Below, one piece after another: positions 22,951-33,199 of a stretch of DNA of 64,000 bases. The notes beneath the pieces were generated by a model. That model had not been told where the DNA came from. It ran no database searches and saw only the letters and a list, made by a program, of their open reading frames with translations. Origin of the DNA: Chloroflexota bacterium (GTDB taxonomy: Bacteria; Chloroflexota; UBA11872; VXOZ01); contig OZ244775.1 of the NCBI GenBank assembly GCA_965219505.1, positions 1,101,929-1,165,928 on the forward strand, given 5' to 3'. Every line of letters starts with the position of its first letter. Positions within the stretch are counted from its first letter, which is position 1. Made by a program: the position numbers and the translations under genes.

Positions 22951-22992
22951 TCATGCCGGCACGGAACAGCCGTGGTTCGCGCGTGCCGGCAT
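22951..22992. repeat. 12-bp perfect inverted repeat CATGCCGGCACG-N18-CGTGCCGGCATG
   Basis: Read directly. It sits 14 nt beyond the stop of the M16 peptidase gene (- strand) and ~300 nt upstream of the recombinase start. Candidate terminator or recombinase site. Confidence 0.4.
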
Positions 22993-23005
22993 GGACGCTT
23001 GAGAT

Positions 23006-26000
23006 CTATTCTCCTGCAGGGTGGAGCACGACCCGTATATAGCGGTCGAACGTAAGGTATCGTTCGGCTGCCGCGACAATCTGGTCAAGGGTTACCGTAT
23101 CTAAGTGGTCTTCATACGTGTTTACCAGGTCAAAGGACTCACCTAGCTGGACAATAGCGCCAATTTGGCTCAGCCAGAACGAATTCTCGCGTAGCCGCTC
23201 CTCTCTGGATGAGCGCAGAAGCTCTTTGGCGGTGTCGAGGTACTTCTGTTCACCCCCGTTGACCAACCACTCCATCTCCTCCAGGACTACCCCAAAGAGT
23301 TCTTCGACGCGGTCGGGATCGCTATAGAACAGCGCATAAACCTGGTACTCAGTGTCAGGGGAAGAGGAACTCGAGGCGTTGACGCCGATACTGTAGGTAC
23401 CTCCTTCTTCCTCTCGCACTGCTTCTCGCAAACGGATTTGGAGGATGTCACCCATTAGGGCCAGGGCCAGTGCTTCCCCGCGACTCCACTCAAAATCGCC
23501 GGCAAATACCAAGACCTGCGTGCTACGGGGCTCGATGCCGTGGCGGACTGTGTGTTCTACCAGACCTGACGGCGGATCGATCTCGGGATCGCGCCACTCC
23601 TCAATGCGCCCAGAGTTCGGCAAACTGGCGAGGTAAGTAGCAGTGAACGAACGGAGAGCGTCCCAATCGAACGCACCCACGATCACAAATGTCGAGTCGG
23701 CAATGTCCGCAAACCGGTCGCTGTATACGGCCAAGGCGCGCTCCATATTGATCTCTTCCACGAGTTCGAGGGTGAGCGGCCGTCGTCGGAAGTGCCCTTG
23801 GCTGAGGACATCGCGCACTTTGTCAAAGAACACTTCGTCCGGATCTGTGAGGCGCGTCTCGGCGACATCGCGCATCCTCGCCGTGTAGGTTTCAAAGTAA
23901 ACCGGGTCTATGCGCGGATCGGTGGCATACAGGGTGACCAACTGGAACAAGGTTTCAAGATCCTGGGGGGATGCCCTGCCGGAGAAGCCTTCGTACAGAG
24001 TGCCGATATACGGTGATACCGAGACCCGCTTGCCTGCGAGCAGCTTGTCCAAGGTCACTAGGTCATGCTCGCCCGCACCGCTCCCAGCAACCAGGGCGGC
24101 GGCGTGCACGGCAGAAATGTAGTCCTCATCCGACACCAGGGAGTTGCCTCCCGGGCTGAATGACCGGAACAGAATCTGATCGTTGTTGAAGTCGGTCTGC
24201 TTGGCGAAAACGGTAATGCCGTTGGAAAGCGTCCATCTCACGGCATCAATAGACTCGATCTGCTGCTCCTCTGTGATGGATCCGGCGGCTGGAATACTCT
24301 CCAAGAGGGTTTTGTCGCCGGCTTCATCTTCGTAGCCTGCCACTTCCAGCGTGTGCGCGGCTACAAGCTGCTGCGTTACGGCCGCTGCTAGCTCGTCCTT
24401 TGTACCCGGCCCAATGTCTTCGGGTCCGGTCACGAGCAGGACTGTGTTGCCAGGCTCGGTCCAAGAGTCCGCCATTGCGTCGACCTCATCCAGGGTGATC
24501 TGCGGTAAGAGGGCCTGGACTAACTCCCACTCCATCTCGACGCCAGGTGCGACCGTGCCGTTCAAGAAGTGCTCGATATACTCCTCGGCGAGCGATCTGG
24601 AATTCAGTTGGCCGCGCCTTTCGTAGTAGCTTTCCATGGAGCTGAGCAAATTGACTTTCTCACGGTCCAGTTCGGAAGTGGTAAAGCCATGCTGTCGTAC
24701 ACGTTGGAGTTCCTCAAGCATGCTGCTAAGCCCGACTTCGACACCGTCCTTTTCAATTGCGAGCGAGAAGACGAGAATATCCGCGGGATCCGCAAGTCCC
24801 CCGCGTCCCGCACTCGCCCCAAGGTACGGTGGGTTAGGCGTGCGGCTAAGCTCGAACAGCCGCCCATTGAACATCATGAAAGACAGGCGTTCCACCAGAA
24901 TCTCGCGATAGGCTGCCAGCGTTTCGCCGTAACCGGAAGGAATCGTGCGCACTAAGAACGCACTTGTGCCCGTAGCCTCGGGATCGGTAAACACAGTTAC
25001 CCGCGGCTCTGCGTGGCTCGGCACGTCATAGCGGGGCCGTTCCGTAGGAGGTTGTACTGCGGCGCGTTCCTGCATCGCCTCCCCTTCAGGAGGCGGCGCA
25101 AAGTGGCGGATAATCGCAGCTTCCATTGCGGCTACGTCGACGTCGCCCACTACGACCACGGCCATCAGGTTGGGTCGATACCAGCGCTCGTAGAATGCGC
25201 GCAGGTCTTCAGCTTGAGCAGTTTCAAGGACCTCAAGGAGACCGATAGGCAGGCGTTCGGTATAGCGCGAGGAGCCGAATACTAAGGGAACCCAATGGTT
25301 AAGGAAGCGATCGCCGTACCCGAGCCTTGCGCGCCACTCCTCAATAACCACCAGGCGTTCCTTATCCACTTCTTCCGGATCGAAGGAGATGCCATAGGTC
25401 CAATCACTAAGAATCTGGAACGCGGTTTCCAAGATTTCGGGATCATCGGTGGGTACCTCAAGCTCGTACGTTGTGGTGTCAAACCCGGTTGAAGCGTTGA
25501 GGTCCGGGCCGAATTGGGTGCCGATTGATTCAAGGTATTCGACGATTTGCTGCTTCTCAAAACGATCGGTGCCATTGAAAGCCATATGCTCGGCGAAGTG
25601 GGCCAGCCCGCGCTCCGATTCCTCCTCAAGCACCGAACCGGCGCGCACTACCATCATCAGTTGCACCCGGTTCTTGGGTTCTTCGTTGTGCCGTATGTAG
25701 TAGGTGAGACCGTTGCTCAGCGTACCTTGCGTTACAACAGGATCAAGCGGCAATACCGAATCAGGTGTAAGCTCCGCAACCGGTATGGGTGTCGGTGCAA
25801 CTGGCTCCGGAGGCGGTGTGGGTGCGGGGACTTCTGTGGCAACCGGCGGGGTAGTTGGCGCAGGTGGGGGCTCCGCTACTGGCTGTACGCTACAGGCGAC
25901 GAGCAGCACCGATAGGAGCACGATAAAGACACTGACTACTGTTGATTTCAAGATTCTGCTCATTGCCTCTCCCATTTGAGTTTCAGGCCGACGCCTTAAT

Positions 26001-26032
26001 TGTAGCATCTGCACAGAGACTGCGTAAATCAA
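23006..26032 (-). CDS. Tandem-domain M16 (pitrilysin/insulinase-like) zinc peptidase, secreted lipoprotein
   Basis: 1008 aa. Signal plus lipobox LLVACS. Inverted zinc motif HFAEHMAFNGT (HxxEH). Two M16 active/inactive domain pairs. Pro/Thr-rich linker after the signal. Confidence 0.85.
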   Translation of the reverse strand: MIYAVSVQMLQLRRRPETQMGEAMSRILKSTVVSVFIVLLSVLLVACSVQPVAEPPPAPTTPPVATEVPAPTPPPEPVAPTPIPVAELTPDSVLPLDPVVTQGTLSNGLTYYIRHNEEPKNRVQLMMVVRAGSVLEEESERGLAHFAEHMAFNGTDRFEKQQIVEYLESIGTQFGPDLNASTGFDTTTYELEVPTDDPEILETAFQILSDWTYGISFDPEEVDKERLVVIEEWRARLGYGDRFLNHWVPLVFGSSRYTERLPIGLLEVLETAQAEDLRAFYERWYRPNLMAVVVVGDVDVAAMEAAIIRHFAPPPEGEAMQERAAVQPPTERPRYDVPSHAEPRVTVFTDPEATGTSAFLVRTIPSGYGETLAAYREILVERLSFMMFNGRLFELSRTPNPPYLGASAGRGGLADPADILVFSLAIEKDGVEVGLSSMLEELQRVRQHGFTTSELDREKVNLLSSMESYYERRGQLNSRSLAEEYIEHFLNGTVAPGVEMEWELVQALLPQITLDEVDAMADSWTEPGNTVLLVTGPEDIGPGTKDELAAAVTQQLVAAHTLEVAGYEDEAGDKTLLESIPAAGSITEEQQIESIDAVRWTLSNGITVFAKQTDFNNDQILFRSFSPGGNSLVSDEDYISAVHAAALVAGSGAGEHDLVTLDKLLAGKRVSVSPYIGTLYEGFSGRASPQDLETLFQLVTLYATDPRIDPVYFETYTARMRDVAETRLTDPDEVFFDKVRDVLSQGHFRRRPLTLELVEEINMERALAVYSDRFADIADSTFVIVGAFDWDALRSFTATYLASLPNSGRIEEWRDPEIDPPSGLVEHTVRHGIEPRSTQVLVFAGDFEWSRGEALALALMGDILQIRLREAVREEEGGTYSIGVNASSSSSPDTEYQVYALFYSDPDRVEELFGVVLEEMEWLVNGGEQKYLDTAKELLRSSREERLRENSFWLSQIGAIVQLGESFDLVNTYEDHLDTVTLDQIVAAAERYLTFDRYIRVVLHPAGE

Positions 26033-26432
26033 CTTAAGACAATAGACAGGTAAGCCAAGAGAGGGAAAATCGATTTTCCAACTACGTGTTTATAGTCTGG
26101 TGCCTCTAAGAGTGGTAGTCCGGCAAGAGGGAGTATGAGACCCAGCACTCTTTGCCCAATCGTAGTAATAATATGCTGCTCAATCCAGAGCGGCATGCAT
26201 TTCAGCGAACCAGATCCTTAGGCTTCTTCGTGGAATTCATCACTCTCACTCATACTTTGATGCATTATTCGCCTGCAGTTACTTTGAGTCTAATTTGTCG
26301 TTGTCTTTCCGGCTTTCTTCTCCCTTTGACATCCCACATACGAGAGCAGCAATATTGTCGTGGTGTTTTGGTTGCACGCGTACGTGTCGCGATTACGTAG
26401 TCGACCCTTACACCCGCGCTGATCCTTAGCAA

Positions 26433-27335
26433 TTAGGGAGCGTGGTCTGCCCGAATCCAAGAAAGAGCACTTTCAGCAGCATCCAATGCGCGCCTTGCTT
26501 CACACGGCCCCAATTCCTTAGCCTCGTGAACCACCGCATTTCGCAAATTATATAGGTCATTCTTCCACCGACTATGTACTTCAGTACCAACGAAACATCT
26601 CCCCTTAGCTTTAGGAAGATGTTCCTTCAGTAAATTCATTAAACCTGCCTCCAATATCCTATTGATCATTTCTTGGGAGGACGCCGGTGAAGTTGCTACC
26701 CTTGTATGGGCCTTCTCTGATAAATAATAAGCTCTAAGTAAGTTGTCGATAGCTAATTCAAATGCCGTCTCCGCCTCCACAACTGCAATTCGAAAGTCTT
26801 CAAATAGCAATGAGCGTTTAGCATTCAGCATCAAAAGGTCCACAAGGGGAAGAGGCCTCTCGTACGCCAGGTCCGACTTAGCTTGGTCATCAATGTCGCC
26901 AATCCGAGCCAAAGTAAGTCCAAGTCCCATGTCCAGTTGGAAGGAGTGAATCTCCGTTAAACTTCCATCATCGGCCTCCGTATACACGCCGTGGGAAGTG
27001 TCTGTAGCTCCCAATTCATGCAATGGAATGTGTCCAATATGAAATTCCTTAGTCGAGACCCTATAGACATCCAGCAACCTATTGATGGCCTTATGCGCAA
27101 TTGTCCTCAAGTTCTCGCCGTCGACACTGGCAGTTTCATGTGGGAAGCGAACATATACTCTTGTAAATGACACACGACCGACCCTATCGTACATCAACTC
27201 TACATTGTTGCCGGAGCGCCAGCATCGTTCGAATGCTATCTCATAGTCCTTTCCTTCAAGACGAATTGGAAACCAACCCCCTTTCCCCCAGATCAAAGGG
27301 TACGGAATCTCGAATTTGACCACTGTATACGGCAT
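26433..27335 (-). CDS. Hypothetical protein with C-terminal HEPN-like Rx4H motif; candidate Abi/RNase-type defence protein on a low-GC islet
   Basis: 300 aa. C-terminal helical region contains LYNLRNAVVHEAKE (R-x4-H, with N after R as in many HEPN RNases). The gene and its flanks (26040-27370) are ~47% GC against ~60% locally. Confidence 0.4.
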   Translation of the reverse strand: MPYTVVKFEIPYPLIWGKGGWFPIRLEGKDYEIAFERCWRSGNNVELMYDRVGRVSFTRVYVRFPHETASVDGENLRTIAHKAINRLLDVYRVSTKEFHIGHIPLHELGATDTSHGVYTEADDGSLTEIHSFQLDMGLGLTLARIGDIDDQAKSDLAYERPLPLVDLLMLNAKRSLLFEDFRIAVVEAETAFELAIDNLLRAYYLSEKAHTRVATSPASSQEMINRILEAGLMNLLKEHLPKAKGRCFVGTEVHSRWKNDLYNLRNAVVHEAKELGPCEARRALDAAESALSWIRADHAP

Positions 27336-27398
27336 AGGAATCCATCTCCAATTGAATTCGTATATCCAGCAATGATTCTATTGAAAGAATACTTCCCC

Positions 27399-28502
27399 TT
27401 ATCTGACCCCCAAACGCAGGTTGCGGTCCTGCAGGGGCAGGTCCATGCGTTGGCCGCTTCGATAGGACTCGCGAATGGCGATGCCGATTTCCAGGGCTTC
27501 GCGGCCGAATTCCCCCGGGCAGGTTGTCTCCACGCCTGCTTCGATAGAACGGGCGACGCCTTCGATGGCGTCAACCATCGAGCTGCGCGAATGCCATGGA
27601 AATGGGAACTGCCGCTGGAACTCACCGTCCAACTCTTCTTCGCCGCGACCCCATAGCTCGAACCAGGCGTGGTGGTTGCGGGTCAGGACGCGGCCCCGTT
27701 CACAAAGAAACTCCATAGTCCAACTCCGCGAGGCCGCGTGGGAGTTCAAGAACCCCAGGACGCCATTTGCATAGCCGATCATGCCGGAGCCGCCCTGGTC
27801 TTCATTGGTTTGCGCCATGGTTTCGTCGTCCATGTGCCCGTGGACCCAGCGCGCCGGGGAGCCGGCAAACAATGAAAAGAGGCACAGCGTGTGGCTGTGG
27901 ATATTGGAGAGCGGCAGCGGGCTATGACACACCATCGAGCGCAACGCGCCAATCTCGCCGCTGTCGATGAGGGCTTTGGCATTGGTGTACGGCGCGTACC
28001 AATTGAGATGGGCGGCAATGGCGAGGATGGTACCGGTGCGACGGCAGGTTTCTATCATTGAGTCGGCCTCGGCCAAAGTACGGGACATGGGCTTGGTGGC
28101 GTAGATTGCCTTGACACCGGATTCCGCTAATGCTTCGACAACCTCAGCGCGCTCTGCGGGCCTGGTGGTGACGCACACGATATCGGGTCGCTCTTTGGCC
28201 ACCATCTCTCGCAGGTCGGCGTAAAGGGCTTGCACTCCCCACCGTTCGCCAAAATACGCGAGCCGCTTGGGATCGACGTCCACACCGGCCACGAGCTCCA
28301 CATTGCGCGCCTCGATGATTCCCGGAGCATGGGCCCACGGCCACGGATAGTGCGGCTTGCCAACGTGCTCGTCGTCGATGGTACTGCCCATGCGGCCACA
28401 CCCTACCACGGCAGCGCGGTAATTGCCCTTCGGCGCCGTAGCGGCCACAACCTCGTGCGCACGGGGGCCTTGCCACTCCGGTTCACTCGAGCGAATTCTC
28501 AT
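27399..28502 (-). CDS. Gfo/Idh/MocA family NAD(P)-dependent oxidoreductase
   Basis: Rossmann N-terminus AAVVGCGRMGSTIDDEH...PDIVCVTTRPAERAEVVEALAESGVKAIYATKP, then a Gfo/Idh/MocA C-terminal alpha/beta domain. Confidence 0.8.
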   Translation of the reverse strand: MRIRSSEPEWQGPRAHEVVAATAPKGNYRAAVVGCGRMGSTIDDEHVGKPHYPWPWAHAPGIIEARNVELVAGVDVDPKRLAYFGERWGVQALYADLREMVAKERPDIVCVTTRPAERAEVVEALAESGVKAIYATKPMSRTLAEADSMIETCRRTGTILAIAAHLNWYAPYTNAKALIDSGEIGALRSMVCHSPLPLSNIHSHTLCLFSLFAGSPARWVHGHMDDETMAQTNEDQGGSGMIGYANGVLGFLNSHAASRSWTMEFLCERGRVLTRNHHAWFELWGRGEEELDGEFQRQFPFPWHSRSSMVDAIEGVARSIEAGVETTCPGEFGREALEIGIAIRESYRSGQRMDLPLQDRNLRLGVR

Positions 28503-28814
28503 GATGTGACTCCAAGCTATGAATTAGGCTCGCAGAATCTCTTACCTATTCCCAATCTTGAGCAAAAGCACTAGTGCGGTTTTTTATCTAGCCCAGACCG
28601 GTCGACTTTTGGCGAAACCACTTGTCTTGCTACGTTTCCTGTTCGTCAGATCGATGCCAGCTCATGCGTGGCGGGCCGAGTTAGGGAAGATCGAAGTTCG
28701 GCAACAGTCTAGGTTGGAAGGCTGTCAATCATGGCTTATTCGGCGACCAAGCGCCGGGTCCAAATGGTTTGTGACAGGCCGAGCGTGGAAGATGCTGGAA
28801 GTACGACCTGGTGC

Positions 28815-29495
28815 CTATCGACGCCCTGTTCTTGCATAAGCCACGAATCCGCCCAATCCTACAAACAAAATTGCTGCGGCAAGCACCAGGGCAAAAACCC
28901 ACCCAACAACTATAGGGCTCTCCGAGTCCACAGGCGCTGGGCCTCTCGTGCCAGCTTGAGGAGACTGACCCTCTCCCAGGGCGTCAATGTCAGCTTGAGC
29001 TTCCGCAAGGAGCGCAGTTCGACTGCAAATGCTCGCCGTGTAGCTGTCGTCACCATAGTGGCTGTCGGACGCGTACACGACGTACTCCTCTCCTTCGACG
29101 AATGTGAACCCGCAACTCCCGCCCGTTGGTGGTGTGGTGATGTACATTACCTCATGTACGGTTCCCTTCCAAACGGTGCTGACATTCATGCCGATCGTCG
29201 AGCGGTCTTCAGGGGAGGCAGACTTTGCTTCTGGGTCATAGGAATGGACAACCGAAAAGACTCTCCCTGCAAATACCGCTACAGATTTGTCAAGTTCTTC
29301 TGTAGGAGTTCCAGGTATAACACACTTACACGCGTAAACGTGCCCAACGGTTATAAGAAACCAAAGGAACGCCAACACGAGCGCGAGACTCGCTACCGCT
29401 ATAATTGCAGTCGAGAACCCAACTCTTCTATGTTCTGCAGTCTTTATCGTCACAACGTACTCCTTTGCTACCGCCACTTGCTGGACAAACTGCAA
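28815..29495 (-). CDS. Hypothetical bitopic membrane protein with Cys-rich (CxC...SCGF) ectodomain, TIMP/NTR-like (weak)
   Basis: N-terminal TM (AIIAVASLALVLAFLWFLITV), then CKC immediately after the TM, and a C-terminal TM (IVVGWVFALVLAAAILFVGLGG). Confidence 0.35.
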   Translation of the reverse strand: MQFVQQVAVAKEYVVTIKTAEHRRVGFSTAIIAVASLALVLAFLWFLITVGHVYACKCVIPGTPTEELDKSVAVFAGRVFSVVHSYDPEAKSASPEDRSTIGMNVSTVWKGTVHEVMYITTPPTGGSCGFTFVEGEEYVVYASDSHYGDDSYTASICSRTALLAEAQADIDALGEGQSPQAGTRGPAPVDSESPIVVGWVFALVLAAAILFVGLGGFVAYARTGRR

Positions 29496-29557
29496 GAGAT
29501 TCAGTAGTAATTCTCACTATATTGTCCCGTATGCTGTAACGCAAGAGTGCCCATTTA

Positions 29558-30214
29558 TCAGTCGGGATCCGCTGATTCACCGGTGTAGAACGCGGTTGTG
29601 CGCATTGCCGCAGCACCTGCGACTTCGGGGTCCGTGCCGGCTGCGACGGCAGCGTGCGCCCAGCCCTGGCTGCTGCCCGTGATGAACGACTTGCCATCCG
29701 GTGAGGTGGCAAACGCCATCTCGTCCGGCTTTGGCTCATGCGGCCGCGCGACGTGGAAGGCGAGGCCAAGGAAACCCATCTCCCAACCGACGCCGACCGC
29801 GCCCGGCCCGTATGCGTCCCAGTGTGGCGATAGGAGCGTAGTGTGCGTGAGCGCGAGCCGTATGCCGGCAGTTCCATCATCCGAGAGACGTACCTCCACC
29901 CAACTGACGTCTCCAGCGAACTCCCATGTAAGCTCGTAGTGCGATAGTGCCTCACACGCCGTGATCACCCCGCCTGCATTGCCTTCCAACTGATAGCGCC
30001 CCCCGAGTGTAAGCTCGCCGCTGATGCCCGTGAACCAACGCGGAATGCGCTCAATATTCGTTACGGCGTCCCACAGGTTCTCAACCGCCGTTGGGTGGCT
30101 GCGGGAAAGTGTGACGGCGCTAGCGGGTCGTCCGTCGCGCTCCAGTAGCGAGACGGAGCGGTCCATGGCATTGAGATGGCTATCGGCATCAAAGTTCATG
30201 GCACTTTCTTCCAC
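29558..30214 (-). CDS. SRPBCC-superfamily protein (AHSA1/polyketide cyclase-like)
   Basis: Pattern ...TAVENLWDAVTNIERIPRWFTGISGELTLGGRYQLEGNAGG... is typical of the Aha1-like SRPBCC fold. Confidence 0.5.
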   Translation of the reverse strand: MEESAMNFDADSHLNAMDRSVSLLERDGRPASAVTLSRSHPTAVENLWDAVTNIERIPRWFTGISGELTLGGRYQLEGNAGGVITACEALSHYELTWEFAGDVSWVEVRLSDDGTAGIRLALTHTTLLSPHWDAYGPGAVGVGWEMGFLGLAFHVARPHEPKPDEMAFATSPDGKSFITGSSQGWAHAAVAAGTDPEVAGAAAMRTTAFYTGESADPD

Positions 30215-30354
30215 TGATCATCGTACCGCCGAACGTGCAGCATAGCGATGGGAGCGTTAGGATAATCACTGCAATTTGTATCGCGGTCAAAGTTTAAATT
30301 GCCTAAGGGTGATTGCACGATATTCCAGTCTAGAGTTTACCGGTCCTGAGTTGG

Positions 30355-31995
30355 CTAGTCGAAGCGCGACCTGCGGCCTTCCATGTTGGTGTGAATGTCC
30401 AGCAACACGGTGGCGCCGTCCGCGTTTAGTTGCCGCGCCTTCATGAGAGCGGGAGCTACTTCAGAGGGGTCCGTGACGGTTATGCCCACGGCACCCAGCC
30501 CCTCGGCTATCTTGGCATAGTCACCGGACATCTCGGTGAGGGCGAACCTTTCCCGCGCCGTTGGATACCCGCCCGGATAGGTAGCCATGTCGCCGTTATT
30601 CAAGACAACTGTCGTGATTGGGGCATTGGCCCGCACAGAGGTCTCGATGTCGAGGCCCGACATGCCGAAAGCACCGTCCCCCATAAAGTTAATGCAGAAT
30701 TTGTCAGGATTCGCGAGTTTGGCGCCAATCATCAACGGGATGCCGAAACCGAGGTGGGTAGTCTTGCCCCAGCCGATGTAGCTGTGGGGGACGGTTGCGG
30801 TGTAAAAGGGCAAAATCGAGTCCCGGGGAGCGCCGGCATCATGAGTAACGATGCTGTTTTCCCGGTCAAGGGTCCTGTCCATCTCAGCGATTACTCTGTA
30901 GGTGTTGATGGGCACCTCGTCGGATTCCAGCAGCGGCTTCCACTCATTGAGCCACGCCGCTTTGAGCTCACCTATAGCTCCAGAAACCTCATTCTGCCCC
31001 TTCCGTCCGGTCTCGCCAATCTGCCCCTTTACCTCGTCGATCATCAACTGCAGGGTGAGCTTCGCGTCCCCTGGAAGCCCAACGGCAACCGAGTAGTCCT
31101 TGTTGATGTCTTCAATGCCTTCGACGTTATGGATGATGGTCTTGCCTTCGGGAATGGGCTGTCCATAATGCGACCTGGTCAAACTTGAACCGACGGCAAA
31201 GAGAACGTCGGATTCATCCAGCCAGCGCCGGGCAGGCAATGTAGTTGTTGCACCGCCCGAGCCGAGAGATAGGGGATGGCGCTCGTCAAAGGAGGACTTT
31301 CCAGGCATAGTGCTAAAGACCGGAATCTGGGTAAGCTCTGCCAGCTCTTTCAGTTCTCCGGTTGCATCCGAAAACAGTACTCCCTTACCCGACCAAATCA
31401 CCGGCTTTGTGGAGTTCAAAAGCAGTTTGACAGCATCCTTGACATCGTTGATTGACGGACGTTGCGGGGACCTGCGGGGCGGTTGATAGTTCGCCGTCTC
31501 CTCCGGGACCTCCTGACCGTCCATATCAATGGGGACCTCGACTATCACCGGGCCGGGAGTTCCGTTACGAAGGGCATGAAACGCCCGGCGCATTGCGCTG
31601 GCAACCTGACTGGGTTGAGCAATGACTTCGCCGCGTTTGGAGACGCTCTGATAGGTGCGGACCGGCGAGAATTCCGGTCGCACGGCGTAGCGGTCCAGGG
31701 CTGGGCCCGCGGTAAGGTACAGGATGGGAATGCTATCGGCAAAAGCCTGAGCGATGCCGCCCATGGAGTTCTCACCGCCGGGTCCTCCCTGGGTGATGGC
31801 AACACCAAATCTCTTCCGGTTATTGACACGGCTGAATCCGTCGGCGGCCATGATGGCGCCGCGTTCCTGCCTGAACATGATCGTGCGGATGCCTTCACCG
31901 GCAACGGCCTCGATGAGCTCGTTGGAGGGAAAACATGAAACCCACTCCACACCTTCCAACTTTAGGATTCTAGCGATGGTCTCCAACACATTCAT
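30355..31995 (-). CDS. Thiamine-pyrophosphate-dependent enzyme (acetolactate synthase / sulfoacetaldehyde acetyltransferase-like)
   Basis: 546 aa with N-terminal Pyr domain, central domain and C-terminal PP domain (GDGAFGMSGLDIETSVRANAPITTVVLNNG is a TPP-binding GDG...NN motif). Confidence 0.8.
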   Translation of the reverse strand: MNVLETIARILKLEGVEWVSCFPSNELIEAVAGEGIRTIMFRQERGAIMAADGFSRVNNRKRFGVAITQGGPGGENSMGGIAQAFADSIPILYLTAGPALDRYAVRPEFSPVRTYQSVSKRGEVIAQPSQVASAMRRAFHALRNGTPGPVIVEVPIDMDGQEVPEETANYQPPRRSPQRPSINDVKDAVKLLLNSTKPVIWSGKGVLFSDATGELKELAELTQIPVFSTMPGKSSFDERHPLSLGSGGATTTLPARRWLDESDVLFAVGSSLTRSHYGQPIPEGKTIIHNVEGIEDINKDYSVAVGLPGDAKLTLQLMIDEVKGQIGETGRKGQNEVSGAIGELKAAWLNEWKPLLESDEVPINTYRVIAEMDRTLDRENSIVTHDAGAPRDSILPFYTATVPHSYIGWGKTTHLGFGIPLMIGAKLANPDKFCINFMGDGAFGMSGLDIETSVRANAPITTVVLNNGDMATYPGGYPTARERFALTEMSGDYAKIAEGLGAVGITVTDPSEVAPALMKARQLNADGATVLLDIHTNMEGRRSRFD

Positions 31996-32087
31996 GAATT
32001 TTCTCCTTCAGGGCCTAGAAGGCCTTTCTGTGGGGGCAAGTTCCAGACGGGCATTGCTAATCGGCTGTATACGGGGCCGGTCTACGG

Positions 32088-33098
32088 CTAAGTCTGCCAC
32101 TTCAGAAGGCCGGAGTTGCTTAGTACCGACGGATTAACACAGGACATTGGCCAGCGGCCGCCAAGCACCAGTGCGATCTCCATACCCACGCGACGTCTGC
32201 TCACTTCCAAGACCCTGGATGATGCAGAGGCCACGTGGGGCGTCAGTGTGACGTTTTCCATGGCGAACAGAGAATTAGTGGGATCAGGCGGCTCCTTTTC
32301 CAGCACGTCCAGCGCAGCGTGAGCTATCCAGCCTTCGTTCAGTGCCCGGACCATAGCGGCCTCATCCACGGTCGTGCCCCTGCCGGTGTTCACGAATACT
32401 GCATCGGGTTTCATCAGCTTGAACTGCTCTTCCCCAATCATCTTGGTCGTGCCGGCGGATCCGGGCAGATGGTTCGAGACGATATCCGACCGCTGCAAGA
32501 GCTCTTCCAAGCCGACCGGCTCCACCCCGTGCTGAATCATTGTGGTCTCCATGACAAAGGGATCATGGGCGAGAAGGCGGAGGCCGAACGGCTTCATCAA
32601 TGGCGCAACGGCCTTTGGGATATTTCCAAAGGAGATAAACCCAAGGGTTTGACCGTGCAATCGGGGCAACTGACGTAAAGGCGGATGTCCTTCCCACCAG
32701 CCCCCCTCCCGGACAATCTTGTCCATAAGCAGCAGTCGGCGGTGAGCGGCCAGGATGAGCGCCGCCGTGTGCTCAGCAACCTCCTGGATGTTGATATCGG
32801 GACAGTTGGTTACCGGGATGCCCTTGGCCGTAGCTGCCGAGACAGCGACGTGATTGGTGCCTACGCCGTCCAATGCGATGATTTTGCACTGCTTGAGTCC
32901 ATTAATCACCTTCTCCGAAAGCGACTGACCCCTCGCGACGATGGCGTCGGCGTCCCGCGCTCCATCCAGAAACTCATCGTCAGACTCTGTAGTAACTTCC
33001 ACAAATTCGGCATCGACGCCCTGCAAGGAATCCATCTCGAATGTGTAGTCGCCAGGGACTTTGGGACGCCCCCAGGCCGCGATCTTATACTGCGCCAC
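32088..33098 (-). CDS. D-isomer-specific 2-hydroxyacid dehydrogenase family, NAD-binding
   Basis: LGFISFGNIPKAVAPLMKPFGLRLLAHDP (GxGxxG-type Rossmann) and catalytic R/E/H spacing (GRGTTVDE...HVAS). Confidence 0.8.
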   Translation of the reverse strand: MAQYKIAAWGRPKVPGDYTFEMDSLQGVDAEFVEVTTESDDEFLDGARDADAIVARGQSLSEKVINGLKQCKIIALDGVGTNHVAVSAATAKGIPVTNCPDINIQEVAEHTAALILAAHRRLLLMDKIVREGGWWEGHPPLRQLPRLHGQTLGFISFGNIPKAVAPLMKPFGLRLLAHDPFVMETTMIQHGVEPVGLEELLQRSDIVSNHLPGSAGTTKMIGEEQFKLMKPDAVFVNTGRGTTVDEAAMVRALNEGWIAHAALDVLEKEPPDPTNSLFAMENVTLTPHVASASSRVLEVSRRRVGMEIALVLGGRWPMSCVNPSVLSNSGLLKWQT

Positions 33099-33199
33099 TT
33101 TGCCCTCCGGAGAATCGTCTTTTGATTGCTATCCTCGGCCTGTGACTTGGTGCTGGACTTAGCTTATGGCAAGGCTCCGAGCATGTCCAGAGAACCGCA

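Noticed and set aside
21695-23006. Integron (intI plus attI/attC cassettes)
   Set aside because: The recombinase lacks the IntI-specific insertion, and no cassette array with attC-like sites follows. Neighbouring genes are on the opposite strand and of ordinary size
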